Shown in pieces: positions 25,051-38,955 of a stretch of DNA of 64,000 nucleotides. The DNA lies in assembly GCA_039621445.1 (NCBI GenBank), contig CP154954.1, positions 18,400,642 through 18,464,641 on the forward strand, in the 5' to 3' direction. The stretch is from Euglena gracilis. Its lineage: Eukaryota. The notes under the pieces are model-generated. The model searched no databases. It saw only the letters and a program-made list of their open reading frames with translations, and was not told the origin of the DNA. The translations under genes and the position numbers were made by a program. The first letter of the stretch is position 1. Each line of letters opens with the position of its first letter.

Positions 25051-27269
25051 GGATTATTTTGGGCGGGGGGTACGGCGGGGGGGAGCTGCCCCCCCCTCGG
25101 AGGAGGCCGTAGGCCGACTAAGTTCATTAGAACGGTTACCCGTGGCCATCCATGCCTTGCACGCACAAAAGGATTTTGTTATTTTGGGCGGGGGGGTCCG
25201 GGGGCAGCACCCCCCCCCCGTAGGCCCACTGAGTTCATTAGACGTTTACCTGTGGCCATCCTTGCCTGGCACACACAAGGGGATTTGGTTATCATGCCCT
25301 CCCCCCCCCTCAGTTAGTCGCCCCCCCCCTATAAGTCATCTTTGGGCCCCCAGGCAAAAACAATTTTTTCCGAAGGAAAATATTTTTCTTAAAAAAAAGC
25401 CGAATTTGGTCGTCAGAATTTTTTGCTGGTTGCCATCCATGAAAAGTGCCCTGGAATGCCCAAAAACAACCTTGAAACCCCAAGACTTGGGGCAGGGGGC
25501 AAAATTTGGGCATAAATTGCCCCCCCCCCCCGAATTAGTCACCCTCCCCTATTAGTCACCCTTGGCCAAATTCCCCTCCCAAGGGGTGACTAACTGAGGG
25601 GGGGGGTATGGTATTTTGGGCGGGGGTGAAAATTTTTTGAATATGTGACGTTTTTTGACAGTTTCAAGGTCATTCCAAAGTGTTTCCATGCATTTTGAGT
25701 CAAATTTACTGAATCAAATTGGGGGGAGCATAAATTTCAAAGAAGGGGGGTAATGCGATTGCTGATGGTGTGTGGATGCGGTTGTGATGATGATGATGAT
25801 GATGATGATGTGTGGATGTATGTTTAGAATGTATGTGTTAATGTATGCACACACACACTGCGTTCCGGAAGTTTTCGAACCTGCAAGTTGCCGAAAATCA
25901 TCGAACACCAGATATTTAGAACCCCGGGATTGCTCATGCTGTAGCCTTTTTCAAGGCCACACTCCTGAACAACAGGAGCAACATCTGTTGGTGGCCTGAA
26001 CAACGTAACCCCCCCCCACCCAAATAACACCCCCAGTGTGTTATTTGGGCACCCGAACTGGGGTGCCAGGGGGGGGGTGTTATTGGGGGGGGGGGGGTAT
26101 TTTTACATTGAAAACCAAAGGAAAACAGGGGGTGTTATTTGGGCGCAATTGAAATTGGCCCCTGAGGGGGGGGGGGGTGCTTTTTGGGGGGTTATTTGGG
26201 GGGGTTAGGTCACAATCCGTCCATCTGTGGAATTCCTTGACCTAACGTCTGAACCTGCTGTCAAGATGCAGTGGACGCCCAAGGGCAGATATGGGGGGTC
26301 CAAAAACTGCACAGAAAAATGTGCTGAAATGGGGAAAATGATAAAAATTTGCAGAAACTGAGGTAAAATTTCGTAAAAGCCATGAAATGCAAAAAGAATG
26401 GCCTTCACCAAGCAGAAGAATACAAAGTTGCACTACGAGACTTGAGCAAATACATCATTGCTTGGCACCCAATGGAAAAGCCTGGTTCCACATTTGAATA
26501 GCAAAGTCTGATGCAGAGCCAGGTTGCATTTTTTGCAAAAGATCAGGAGCATACATCATGTACACCATCACTTCATGAAGAAAAAAAAAAGATTCACCAG
26601 ATAAACATACAAGCAAGCAATTGTGAGAGCACAATCAGAATAAAAATATAGACTATTTTTTGGCTTTGTTCTCAGCTCCAAAGGAAATAATTGCATTTCA
26701 TCCCTTTCAGATGCAAACCACCCATTTGATTTTGACCTCAAAGAGCAAATCCATACATTCCTAATGGAATGCGTACAAAAGTTATGTCCCAAATTCCCAA
26801 ATAATGACAAAATGTGTCGGAGCACCTTCCCATGTGGGGAAAATCCTTGAACCCAACCCTGCTTGTTTCTCATTCAAATACTGACATAAAAGCATTTCAA
26901 ATTTCAATTTGAAAAAATATAGCTGGCCCGCATGGGCAAGCAAATGTGGTCCGATGCCCAAATGAGGAGGGAGTAAATATATTTTTGATGCTTCTGGGGT
27001 TTTTGTAATTCCCCACCCCTTTAGTTGCACTAAGGCTTCTTGTCAGCTTATGGCCTGTCATCATTTTGTCATCACTTCTCGCTGCACTTCTCGCCTGTGG
27101 TGCCCCCCCCCCCCGGGGCAGAGGGACTGGAAAACCCAACCCCTCGCCCCCCCCCCCCCACTCAGGCGCACCTAAACCATCTGACCCCATGAAACGCAGT
27201 TCAGCATTTCAAAATTGCAAACAGAAGACCAAATTTCTTCAGGGCTGTAAGACTGGACCGTCTTCATTC

Positions 27270-27450
27270 TCCCTTTCCTTCAGGAATCAGAGAGGCTTGG
27301 CTCTGAACTTTGGACAACCGCTCCTCCCTTTCTGCTTGCATGGCGCGCTGTGCATATTTGCGGCTCAGTTCCGCTCGGTGGAGATGCAGCGCTCGGCGAG
27401 CAGCGGTACCCCCCACTGCCTCTGCAAGACCATTGCAGTGGCACTGGACA
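27270..27450 (-). CDS. candidate host-gene exon
   Basis: Manual frame AVGGTAARRALHLHRAELSRKYAQRAMQAEREERLSKVQ; boundaries approximate. Confidence 0.35.
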
Positions 27451-30400
27451 GACTATCACTCACTTTGTGATCAGCTCGGGCTATTCCTAAATCTTAGACG
27501 GTGTCACTCGCACTTAAGGATTAAGGATTTGTCCGTGTGCGCAAATGCGGACATCGTCAATTTTTTGGGAAAATTGCAATACCAGGCTCCCGAAACCCAA
27601 ATAATGCAATCAGGGTGTGATCCAGTGCCCCAGGACGAGCAGGGATGTCAGTTGGGGTGCCTAAGATGTGTCACCACAACATACAGGATGCATAACCCCC
27701 AGAATGCGTGTTTGAGACCTTCCAGGGGTTTTTTTAAGACCGGGGGAAGGGGGGGTCCCCCCGACCCACCCATCCTCTTGGGGGGGGGTCCCGGGGGGCA
27801 CCCACTTTTCCCCCAAAAATGGCCAAAAATCACAAAAAAAATGCCAAAAAAATAGTATATCCGGCCGAACCCACCCACCCTACCCCCCCCGGGGGGTCCA
27901 CGGCTTTAAAAAAAAACCCCCTGCTTTCAACTTCTGCCTTGTCAACCTGGGATGTTACTGCAAAGGTTTGGGGAGGTGAGAAACAGCTTGAAACAATGCC
28001 CCAAATTTTTCCTTTGTGAGAATTCAATGCTTGGTGTCAGTGGCTTTTTGCCAGTGTCTAGTCACTTCTAGTGGCTAGCCAGTGACTCCCCGGGGCCCTT
28101 GACAAACGCCTGGGTGTTAGACAATGAGGTCGTTGGGTTGTGCAGTGTCTCAGTGGGGGGCAACAGATACGTGTCAAAAGCACAACCACAATTCAAACCC
28201 TGAAATTTGAAAAAAAAAAGGAGGAAAATCAAAACTGATACAAAGAATGGCAGACAAATTGAAGCAAAAAAATGCAAAATAAAAACATCAGGGGAAAAAA
28301 GCAAAAAAAATAAATGAAAAAGGTTCAATAATAAAATTGTGTGTTAAAAATATAAAGAACACAAAAAAAATTAATCTCAAATAAACAACAACTAACAAAG
28401 AAAAACAAAGTGTGCAGCTGGCCCTGGAGGCCTACACGGCGGGGTGATAAAGGGTCTCCAGGGCTATATTTTAGGTCTCCAGTGATTCCATCATTTTCGA
28501 GACATTTGGGGGGGGGCGATTTTTTTGTCCTAAAATGGCTGATGAACGGCTAATTCAAAACAGGCAAAAAAAGGTGGGCCGCGTGACCATAAAAGAAACA
28601 AAAAAATAAAATAAACAAATGCATAAATATGGCCATCACTCCGGCTTGGTACGGAGTTACGGGAAAGTAAAAATACGGTTAGATGGGCGTTCCAATGGCC
28701 TCATTTGCCGGACATTTCCTTTGGTTCTGCTTCATTTTCCAGATTCTTGGGAAAGATCAATTTTTGATCCAGAAACTGCCACCAAAATGCCCCAAAATAT
28801 CTCACTTAACGCGAAAACCAACCACTTGTGCTGAACCCCCCCCCTCTACACTCCGGACCCCCCCCCCAGGGGGAGGGGTCCAGGGATCCCCCAACTGGGA
28901 AAAACAATTCCTCCGGCAGTGGGAAAATGAGATTTTTAATATTTATTTTTTGGATGATTCTGCTCCAAAAAAAAAAAATACCAAAAATGGCCAAAAATGG
29001 GCATTTTCGGCAAGTTTTGGGAGTCAAAATTTTAGAGACCCTTAGTTGCACTAAGGCTTCTTGTCTGTTTATGGCCGGTGCTAGCTTCACTTCTGGCCCA
29101 GTTTGCTGTGTGGTGAGTGGCCTGGTGCCCAGTGAGTGCCCCTCACACCAGTGCTTTGTTGTTGCTCCGCCTGGCCAGGTGAGTAAATTGGTGTAATTAA
29201 CTCTGGTGTAATTCCATTAACATACCCCCCGGAGGGTCCACTAGGAATTCCACTGACCAAATTCGGACTAGCTGCAGCTCAGTGCCCCCCGGGGGTGGGG
29301 TACCGCGAACGCTCAAGCAAGAGCCTGCAGGCATCATCACCCCAGATTGCCATTTTATGCAAAGAGCTCAGCACTTCTGCAAACCTGGTCAATCAGGGGG
29401 GTATGGTGGTAGGAAGATACCTAGTAGTTTTGGGCCAACTTCTTATGCATTTTTAGAAAGATCTCAGAGAGCTCTTTGTGAACAGATCGGAAAAGAATCT
29501 GAAATTGGGTTATTTTGAAGGCTCCGTCAAAATTTGGCCTTTTTTGGACCAATGTCCGGGTTGGGGGTCGCTTTATGGGGGGGGGGGGGTATGGGTGGTG
29601 TCCACCCTGGCAGATCTTTTCTGGTCTCCTCAAAGTGCCGGCTTGAACATGTATGGTTGTGTGTTGGGTGTGGGTGGCTGTGCGTGTGTGTGTGGTGTTG
29701 CTCGTGGCCAAAAGAAAAATAATTCAATGAAGTTGAATTAAATTCGGTAATAAAAACTCTGCAAGAGCGATGTCATGCCGACTCACCACACTCAAGCTGA
29801 TCAAGCAGGAAGTGGTGCACAATCACCCCTCCTATGAAAAACAATCGGAGAAAACACAGAGAAATGAGATGGTGCTCGTTGTCAAAGTGTCTTTTTGGCC
29901 TGGTCTTGAAGACTTTGGAAACAAAATAAAGCAATGGCAATGGCAAACCATTGAGCCTGCGCATCGACTCCTCCTCATCCACCAATGCTTGCCACCCTCA
30001 GGGTTTCATGGGAGGGAAATTCTGGGGGGGGAGGAAGAGAGGGGAAATACTTGGGCTACTTGCATATGAAACATCTGGCGATTATAGCCAAATACATCAA
30101 ATGCCCCTGTTGTTGAAACGGATTGATACTTTGAATAAAACTCCAACGAACAAGGTTTTTGGAGCTTTTTTGACAGAGTTGTTGAAATGTTTTCAAAAAC
30201 ATTGTTATGCATAGTGGCATGTTTTGGACACTCTTCTTCTTCCTCCAAAAAAGAAAAGGCATGATCAAAACAGCAAAAAAAATGTAAAACATCCAAAAAA
30301 CAAATTCTTTTTGCTTTTTTTGAAACAAGAATTCTATTTTTAAGATGAATGTTAATTCGATTTTGCTCACATACTTCAAAAAATACGATAAAAACAAAAA

Positions 30401-31479
30401 ATGAGAAACCGTTTTCGCCTGAGGGAAAATCGGGGCGGAATAAAAATGCAGAATTTTCTGAGTAAAAAAAAATCCTTGCAGAAACGGAGAAATTGCCGGG
30501 GGGGGGGGAACACAAAAACACACAAATGAACACAAAAGAAGACAAATTTTGCCAAACACCCAAAAACACAAAAAAAATCCAAAATCCCACCCTGGGGGTT
30601 TGAAATACCACCCCCACCCTGTGTGCCCATAAAACCAGGGGATGCTGCAGGGTGTGAGCTTACTGAAAAAAAGAGAAGCTGAACAGGAACTCGATGTTAC
30701 TGGCGTCCCCCCTTACTATTTCAGCATTTCAGGTCAGAAAAGAACTGCCATGCCCAACCTTTGTCCAAAAAAGTCACGTGGCAAAATTGTCAGCTCATTC
30801 TTTGCCATCAACTGTCCACTGGCCCTGGAAAAGAAGGAATGGCAATTCATTGGTCGCCAATGCTTGAAAGAAAATAAATGGACAATGGGGGGGGGGTAAA
30901 ACTTTTTCCAAGTTTTCCCCCCCAATTTTTGGCCAATTCACGGGTATAAAAATGACAAAAAACGGCCAATTTGGCACGGTAAATTTCCGAATACCAAACG
31001 GCCAATTTGGCCTGGGTATCTTACAAAACCCAAAAGGCCAATCTCGAGGGGGGGGACAATCTGGTGTACTTCCCAAATCGGCCATTTTGGTCAAAAATGG
31101 TGAACGTGCAAGATTGTCCCCCCCCCAGATTGGCCATTTGGGGGTCCGAGGCCGCCCAAGGGGCGGCCAATCTGGTGGGGGCACCAGGGGCAAGCTTTTT
31201 TCAGCAGCCCCTGCCTCTGGGTAACCTGGGGGGGAGAGTAGGTGGTGTGCTGCCAGGGTGGGGCCACTTGTGTGGGGCAAGTTCACCTGTTTCGGGTAAG
31301 ATTCGGGTTAATTCCAGGAGGTAGGGTTTGGAATCCATTTTCATTTTGGGGCACCATTTGGACCAAATTAGGCCTAAATTGGGCCTAAACCCCAGAACCC
31401 TGATCGCTAATCCCAACCCTGACCCAAACCCAATTCTGACATCAAACGTGATGGAGCCTGGGAATCGGGGGGTCCACTC

Positions 31480-31745
31480 TTTCTTGTGAGTGGGGGGGAG
31501 GGCCAACTGCCCCCTCCCCAACAAATGCCTCCCTGGGGGGATGAAGGAAGAAGGCGTCCCAAGCAACCCTGAACTCTCCTGGTCCTCCACCTCCTTCAAC
31601 TGCCAGAGATCGCGCTGCAAAGCTTCAGACCAGACTGCCTGAAAAGCCTCCGTAACAACAGCTTCCACCAGTGTTTCCGCCACTGGCAGGGTCCAAAACT
31701 TGGGGTCGTGGCAAGTTTGCATGCACCCAAAATGCAGTGTGTCCA
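31480..31745 (-). CDS. candidate host-gene exon
   Basis: DPKFWTLPVAETLVEAVVTEAFQAVWSEALQRDLWQLKEVEDQES; boundaries approximate. Confidence 0.45.
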
Positions 31746-33419
31746 AAACTTGGGGAGAGGGGTTGTTTAGGATGTCCTGGCGAGTTTTTTGTCCCTTTGT
31801 TTTTCAGGGGGATTGTGGTCAGTGGAGAAAAATTCATCACATTTTTTTGTCGCCAACCCCCCCCCCCAGGGGAGGGGAGGGGGCTGTGGGATCTCAAGGT
31901 TGTGAGTTTGGTAAAATTGGCAGAGGTCTTTATGTCAAGAACTGTGTTTAGGTCAAGAGTTAGGGGAGCGCTCCCCTGAGAAGCCGAAAGCGCCGTGCCC
32001 CCTAAAACCTTGGCCTAGGCACTGTTCTGGTCTGAGTCCCTGTTTAGGGCAAAGAGTTAAGACCCTTCAGGTCGCGAAATTGGAACGGACTCAAAATTTG
32101 TGAGCAAGCTGGAAATGGAAAATGACCAAGTTTGTCATTTTTGGCACTTTGGGGAAATAATCTTGGCATTTTGTCGTGAACAAAGTGCCGGTTTGGACAC
32201 TTTGGTAACCAAAAATCTCTTTGGTATTTGCATTTCCAGCACTTTCACAACCAACATTTTGCATTTTTAGCAATGGCAACCAAAGTTCGGCATTGATGGC
32301 ACTTTAGTAACCAACATTTAGCTTTTTTTTGGCACTTTGGGGGGAGGGGTGTGTGGCTCTTGTTGCCTTCGTTGGTGTGTTTGTGTTGGGTGGTTGGGTG
32401 TGGCTCATGTGCAATGGAGAGTGGAGAGTTTTTTGTAGGAGAACAAGAAAATGGCATCTGCGATATGTCAACCAGAAAAGTCACTGGAATTAGGAATAAG
32501 TTCCGTTTCAAGATTTGAATGGTCAGTGTTAAGTTGTTGGGGTTCGGTAGGGTTAGGTGTGTTAGTGTTAGTTAGCGAGATAAGTTAGTGTCGGTTAGGG
32601 GAGAGGGGTTTTACCGAAAGGGGATGTGGCTTTTCCCGTCGGCATGGGGACCGGCGACGTTTGCTATTGGCATTTCTTTTGGTATTTGCCCAATGGATTG
32701 CAGAAGAAAACATTTTCATTGACAAACAACATTCTCGTTGACACATGAACACAGGAAGCTGGTTTGTCTCTTCGCTCTTGGGATGCAGCCTACATCAACG
32801 CCTTGCCGAAGTAAGGGAAAATAAACTTTGGCATTTGGGGCACAATGAATTTTGGGGTTGGCTCTTGGGATTTTGGCACTTTTGTAAACAAAATGTGGCA
32901 TTTTTGGTATTTTTGAAACTGTCCTCGGACACATTTGGAAGGAATTCCCTCAACCCCAGACTCACGCCAGAGCCGGGATCTAGGACCCGGACTTGGGTGA
33001 GAAATTCCCGCCCGAGTACGGGTCCAAGACCCCGGCTCGGGCATGAGTCTGGGTTTATGCCTCATTTTTTGGCCATTTTTTTTGGAAATTTCTTGAAAAC
33101 TGGGGGGTAAATACCACTTTCCTTACCCCCCAGGTTTTTCATTTCTGAGTTTTTTCAGGTGTTTGACCCGCTTTTGAATTGTGAGGTTTGGTAAAAAAAA
33201 TATTGAAAATCTGTTATGCCCGAGCTCAAATTGTGCTTAGAGTTTGGTAAGTTTGTGTGGAGGTTCCAAAAACTCCATCAAATTTACCACGTTTCAACAG
33301 AGAGTCAACAAACTCCCCCCCCCTTTATTTCCGGCCAACCTTTCTCACCGGACCCCTGACCACAACAATGGAGGGAAATATGTTGTTGATATGGATGTGA
33401 CTGCGAACACATTCTCACT

Positions 33420-34035
33420 CCAGTCCACAAATGAAGGGCTTTTGACCACTGGCTGCAAAGCTCATGTCCAGATGCAATCGATGGTCTGTTGCCTGTTTAG
33501 CTTCAAGGCGTGCTTCAAATGCCGCATGTCGGGATTTCATTGCATTGTGCGCTGCTTCGAATGCAAAGGCCAATGGATGGAGTCTTTGGGGGTAAAAAAA
33601 CTTTGTGAGGCGAGGGAAAATCAAACCTTGAACTAACAATGTTTTGAAATGAAGAACAAAATCCCCTTCCCCTGAGGAACAAAACCCCCTTCCCCAAGGG
33701 GCAGGATCGCCCAAGTGGGTCATACCAAGGATTTGCACACAGCGCACCACAGACACACGCACACGCACACGCGCACAGTATCTCATTTTAGTGTCCAGTG
33801 CAGCATTGCAAAAAAGATCCATCAATCTTCGTTCTTGGATACTGGGTGCTGTGAAAGTCAAAGTTTGCGGCACAGCCAACTTCAGAGCAAAGAAGGCACA
33901 TCTCTGCCCTTGCAGCAACAACACCCTTGCGTTCTTTTCGGCATTTTTGAAGTCTTCCAACTTCTCTGAGAACTCAGCCCACAAGGGACCCCGTGCCATG
34001 GCAATGTGAGCTTGCTGCTCAATAAATATTTGATG
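33420..34035 (-). CDS. two candidate host-gene exons
   Basis: QIFIEQQAHIAMARGPLWAEFSEKLEDFKNAEKNARVLLLQ... and FAFEAAHNAMKSRHAAFEARLEAKQATDHRL, separated by a (TGTGCG)n intron-like stretch ending in ttgttag. Confidence 0.45.
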
Positions 34036-34847
34036 CCCTGAGAAGGTGAAACTCAATCAGTTAATCAATGAATCAATCAACCCAATTGATCAATTAATGT
34101 GTCCACGCCTTCACACCTGAACCAGCGTCTGGGACACATTTTTTGAGTCTCTAGACTCACGCCCGAGCCTGTGTCTGGGGCACAGACTCGAGCAGAAATT
34201 TCCCGCCCGGGTCTGTGTCCCTGGCTGGGAGTCATTTCCAAAGAACAGGGACATGAATGCATGAATGAGTGGAGGAAATGCTAGGCAAGCACTGTTGTGC
34301 CACAGCCGCAACGATCACAGAGAAGCCAATCGCCTGGACGTCCCCCGCGTACCTCGCCCCACCCGAACCGGTGTCTGGGACACCGGTTTGGGTGGAGCCC
34401 CCATACACGGTTTCAGGGGTCAAGAAAGGACAGGAAATGCCACCCTGAACGGGGAAAACAGACAGCAATACAGCGCCATCCCGATCTCCCCCCATTTTCA
34501 ACCAAATTTTAGAATCTGGCACCCTCCAAGAAAACAGCTGAAAAATCGGCACTTGTTCGCTTCGACCTTTCCCCCCCCCCACAAGTCGGTCTGCCTTGAG
34601 TCCAGAAACGCGGCTTTATGGGGTGTTTGGTTTCTGGACTCAAAGCAACCGACTTGTTAAAAATGTGTTCAGCCCGCCAAATGCCTGCCCTGAAATTCGT
34701 GATCATGAACACGTTTTCCATTAGGGCATCTGTAAACACTCTGCAGAAGGCAACACAACTCCCTCGGTCGTGGTTTTGCGGAATGCCCGAGCGAGGGCAT
34801 TCACGTATGTATGAAAAGAGGTTGTGAACGATTCCCTGAAACGAACA

Positions 34848-35090
34848 TACCACCTCCCCCCCCCCTAATTGACCGTGGGACCTCTCCACGGGACCCCCCT
34901 TTTGGTCAATTAGGGGGGGGGTTCAATTAGGGGGGGGGGGCGTCAATTAGGGGGGGGGGGGTACCGTCAATTAGGGGGTGCTTCAGCACAGAATCCCCCC
35001 GGGCAGTCAATTAGGGGGGGGGTCGAAAAAATTTTCCCCGGGGCGTTTGGTCAATTAGGGGGGGGGTCAATTAGGGGGGGGGAGGTGGTA
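34848..35090. mobile_element. MITE with TA-bounded TIRs (Tc1/mariner-like)
   Basis: TACCACCTCCCCC..TAATTGACC / GGTCAATTAGGGG..AGGTGGTA, with internal TCAATTAGGGGG repeats. Confidence 0.65.
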
Positions 35091-35094
35091 GTTC

Positions 35095-35308
35095 CCGACT
35101 GCTGCTCACATTGAGCCACACATTGTTCAATGACGCTCGCCTCATCGAACAACAGGCTGGGTTCCAGCTCCCATCTCGTCAAGGCAACAAAGAAATCATC
35201 CAGCTCAGGATAAGATGCTTGCCGATGTTGACACAGTTTGGCGAACTCCAAACAGTTGGCAACAGCAAGCTCTGCACCTACGGAGCCAGACTTTTTCTTC
35301 GTGTTGCC
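35095..35308 (-). CDS. candidate host-gene exon
   Basis: Acceptor ctggcacag|, then GNTKKKSGSVGAELAVANCLEFAKLCQHRQASYPELDDFFVALTRWELEPSLLFDEASVIEQCVAQ. Confidence 0.5.
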
Positions 35309-35399
35309 CTGTGCCAGCAAGGTGCGGTCTTATATGGGGGGGGGCATGGGAGATCAGGCAGTAGACTTTGGTCATTTTGACCCCCCCTCCCCCCCCCCC

Positions 35400-36380
35400 T
35401 ATGGTGAAGTTCACCGTTTGAAAGTTCACCGGGGGGGTCCCGGACCCCCTCCCCCCCCCCTCTGCCTAACCCATCGGTGAATTTCACCAGTGAAGTTCAC
35501 CAAGAGAGTACTTTTTTGGCCAAAAATGGCCAAAAATGGCACTTTGGGCAAGTTTTCGGAAATTTCGATAAAATTCCATGAAGCATCAACCTCAAAATGA
35601 CCATTTTGAGAGGAAAGGAGCAAAATTGTACCAGTGAAAATTTCACCCCCAACCATCAAAACGGTGAAGTTCACCGGTGAACTTCACCGGTGAACTTCAC
35701 CGCCGAAAGTACCCCCCCCTCCCCCCCGGTGAATGTTCACCGGTGAACTCTCACCGGGGGGGTCCACAGCCCCCCCCCCCACCCCTGCCTAACCTGCATG
35801 GTAATGGAAAACATGTCATTGCCACAGATGCCCTGATGGAAAACGTGTCATTGCCACAGATGCCCTAATCGAGGTTAGGCAGGGGTGGGGGGGGGGGGTT
35901 GGGGGCCCCGCCCCTAAAGGAATTTCATGGAGAAACCTCACCGGTGAACTTCACCGGTGAAGTTCACCGGGGCGACGGCAGTACAGTTGGGGTTTTTTGG
36001 GGACCCCCCCCCTCCCCCCCCCTGTACAGTTGGGATTTTTGGGACCCCCCCCCCCTAGTCCTAGTGCCGACCCCCCCGAGACAGATGAACATTTTGTCAC
36101 CAAAAATGGCCTTTTTAGACCAAAAAAAGGCCCTAAAAATTTTTTCCGGCGCCGGTTTTTGGCCAATTTTTGAGGGGGGGGTTGGCAGTTTACCAGGACC
36201 CCCCCCCCCTGTGTTGAGACAGTACAGCAAAAAGTGCCAAAAAATGCAAAAAAAAAAACTGTCCTCGGGACCCCCCCTCCCCCCCCCTGCCAAAGCTCCA
36301 CCGGTGAAGTTCGTCCATGTATTTCCAATGAAGAGGGGGGGTGGGGGGGTCCCGCCCGAAAAACCCAAAGTTCACCGCCT
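35400..36380. repeat. dispersed repeat family D with GTGAAGTTCACCGGTGAAC motifs (also about 42780-43053 and 22620-23040)
   Basis: Repeated palindromic motif and CTGCCTAACC / GGTTAGGCAG ends; 35490-35790 closely resembles 42780-43050. Confidence 0.7.
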
Positions 36381-36932
36381 GATCTCCAATGGAAAACGTG
36401 TTACCCCCCTTTTTTCCCGCACAGCCCTCCCCCCATGGCCAAACGCACGGCAAACTTTGTGAATGGCCTTTTGCCACCTCCCCCTAAGACGGAAGTGTTC
36501 CTGGCTGCTCTTGCGGTGTACCAGCAAGATGCTGAGAAGCCGAAGGTTGACCCTCCCTCGGGAGCCAAAATCCCAGGGGGTCTTATATGGGGGGTCGCTG
36601 AGCTCTTATCCCTTTAGGGTAAGAGCGAAGCTTACCACCGGGGGAACCCCCCCCCGACCCCCCCCCCTCGGGGCCACCTCGGGAACCGGCGGATTATCAC
36701 CATGATCCCGGCCCCGTTCCGGAAAAAAAAATTTCAGTCGCAAGCGACTGGATTTCTAGTTTCTGAATTTTCTGAAAACCTGGGTTTGACCCCCAACTCC
36801 CCGCCAGGCCCGAGTTATTCACGCGCGAAGGGGTCCAAACTGGGTAGGATTGGCCCGCCCCCCCCCCCCTGGATAAGCCCCCCCCCCCTTTGGACTCTGC
36901 CATTTCGGCCAAAAAATGTCAATTTTCTACAC

Positions 36933-37046
36933 ACAAATTGTGGCTGAGCCCAGATTTCAGCCTGAAAACGTGTTCAGGAGGGGGCTCCTGAAGGGGGCCC
37001 CCTGAACACGTTTTCAGGCTGAAATCTGGGCTCAACCACAATTTGT
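36933..37046. repeat. palindrome with 46-bp arms at the end of family B (inverted copy at about 42140-42240)
   Basis: Arms 36933-36978 and 37001-37046 with one mismatch. Confidence 0.9.
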
Positions 37047-37181
37047 TTAAAAACGTGTTCAGAGCCCGCCAAATGCCTGCCCTGAAATTCATGGTCATGA
37101 GTCACGCAAGGGGTCAAAAACGCGAAAATATGAAATTCAGACCCAAAAAACGGCGCCCTAATGGAAAACGTGCCTGACCAC

Positions 37182-37605
37182 CATAGCTGGCGTTTTTTTG
37201 TTTTTTTTAAAAAAAACGTTTTTTTTGTTTTTTATTAAAAAAAACGGGCAAAAAAAACGGCAAAAAAAACAAAGGGGAAAATGATGGTCCAAATTTTGCC
37301 TTTGATCGCAAGGGTGAACCAATCTTTGCTCAAATGACTTGAAAACCAATACTTTTGGTTGTCTTCAACAAGAATGGTCAAAATAGGGCATTTTTCTCCC
37401 ATTTTGGGATGTTTCAACTTGAAACATCCCAAATTTGGTGTCTTTCTCTGCCTGAGGATGGGCAAAAAAAAGCTAAAATTAAAGGCAAAAATTTTTTTGC
37501 CCTGGACCCTCAATGGCGTTTTTTTTTGTTTTGTTTTAAATAATATGTTTTTTTAAAAAAAAACGTGTTTTTTTTGACTTCGTTTTAAACGAAGTGCCAG
37601 CTATG
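37182..37605. mobile_element. hAT-like MITE (same family as 52929-53381)
   Basis: TIR CATAGCTGGC / GCCAGCTATG; perfect 8-bp TSD CTGACCAC (37174-37181, 37606-37613). Confidence 0.92.
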
Positions 37606-38811
37606 CTGACCACAGATGCCTTAATGGAAGATGTGTCATTGCCACAGATGCCTTAATGGAAAACGTGCCTGACCACAGATGCCTTAATGGAAAACGTGTC
37701 ATTGCCACAGATGCCCTAATGGAAAACGTGTTACCCCTCCCCCCATACCTAAACGCACGGCAAACTTTGTGAGCACCGTGAAGCGTGGAAAAATCTGATG
37801 ACCACCGCTGGCCGTCTGTTGAAAAGAGCTTTCGATCGAGGGGTAACTTGGTACCCTAACGTTGCACGAAGCCCGAGATACGCTCACAATCGTCGGATCG
37901 GCCAGAATCTTAGTCGAAATTTGTGGTGGTTTTTGGTGCTGCTTGGTTTAAAATGCTTAACAAACCATACAGAAACGATTTTTGTCTTCGAATCGAGGGC
38001 ATCTGGGGTCCAGGGAGGTACAAGAATTGTGAAATTAGGATTTCCCAGTGACAGGAAATACCATACCCCCCCCCCCCCCCGAGCTACTCCCGTCCCCGGA
38101 ACAGCTTGGGGGGGGGGACCTAGGTCCCCCCCCCCGAGCTATTCCCATACCCGACCCTCGGGCAACCCCAAGGGGGTCATTTTTGGCAACTTTTTTTGGA
38201 TGTTCGCAAAAAATGGTCATTTTTAAGCACATTTGTCAAAAAGTGATTTTTGAAAACTCCCTCTCGCCCTCCGTGATGTGGGTGTCAAACTTTTCAATCG
38301 CTTGATACACCAACAGGTTTCAGGTTCCAATTGTCTTTTTGCTTGAATGATTTCCATTTCAGAATCTGGATGCCAAGCAGTCAAATTCCTCCAGAACCTC
38401 AAGAATGAAATCCATTGGGGGAGGGGGTGGGAAAGGGGTTGGAAGTAAATGTATGAGTTGGGGGTTCCCCAGCTTTTCGCTCAACCCCCTTTCTCCAATG
38501 TTGCACAAAATTTGGGGAAGTTCTTTTTTTCCCGCACTGCTGTGGGTTCAAATTCAAATTCACTCTTGAACACCGCAACTTGGGTGGTTGGTTATCAAGA
38601 GGTACAAAGCCCCCCAAATTCCTCCAAAATGACATTTTGGCATTCACTTCATTCCCTTCCTCCCTTCCTTCCCTTCCTCCATCATTTGGCAAATTAAACA
38701 TCAAAAAAAGGGGTAAACCACTGCTCCAGAGTACAAACCAACCCCCCCCCCCCCGCGGGGGGATCAAGCCATGCACCAAAAGTTGCAAAGAGCAAAAAGA
38801 CCTCAACCTGG

Positions 38812-38955
38812 ACATCAGCAACTGCTGAATATTTTGTGCCATGACGTCCATCGAGTCGTGGGTGGTGCTGCGCAGCAGGTCCACGGACGACGTCATTAGA
38901 TCCATGAACACCACCCATATGACGATGGCCGGCACCAACGATAACACAAGGGTTC
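38812..38955 (-). CDS. candidate exon encoding a transmembrane helix and an amphipathic helix
   Basis: LVLSLVPAIVIWVVFMDLMTSSVDLLRSTTHDSMDVMAQNIQQLLM with coding-like GC3. On the minus strand it is preceded by CCTG+5 nt and followed by 3 nt+CAGG. Confidence 0.5.
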
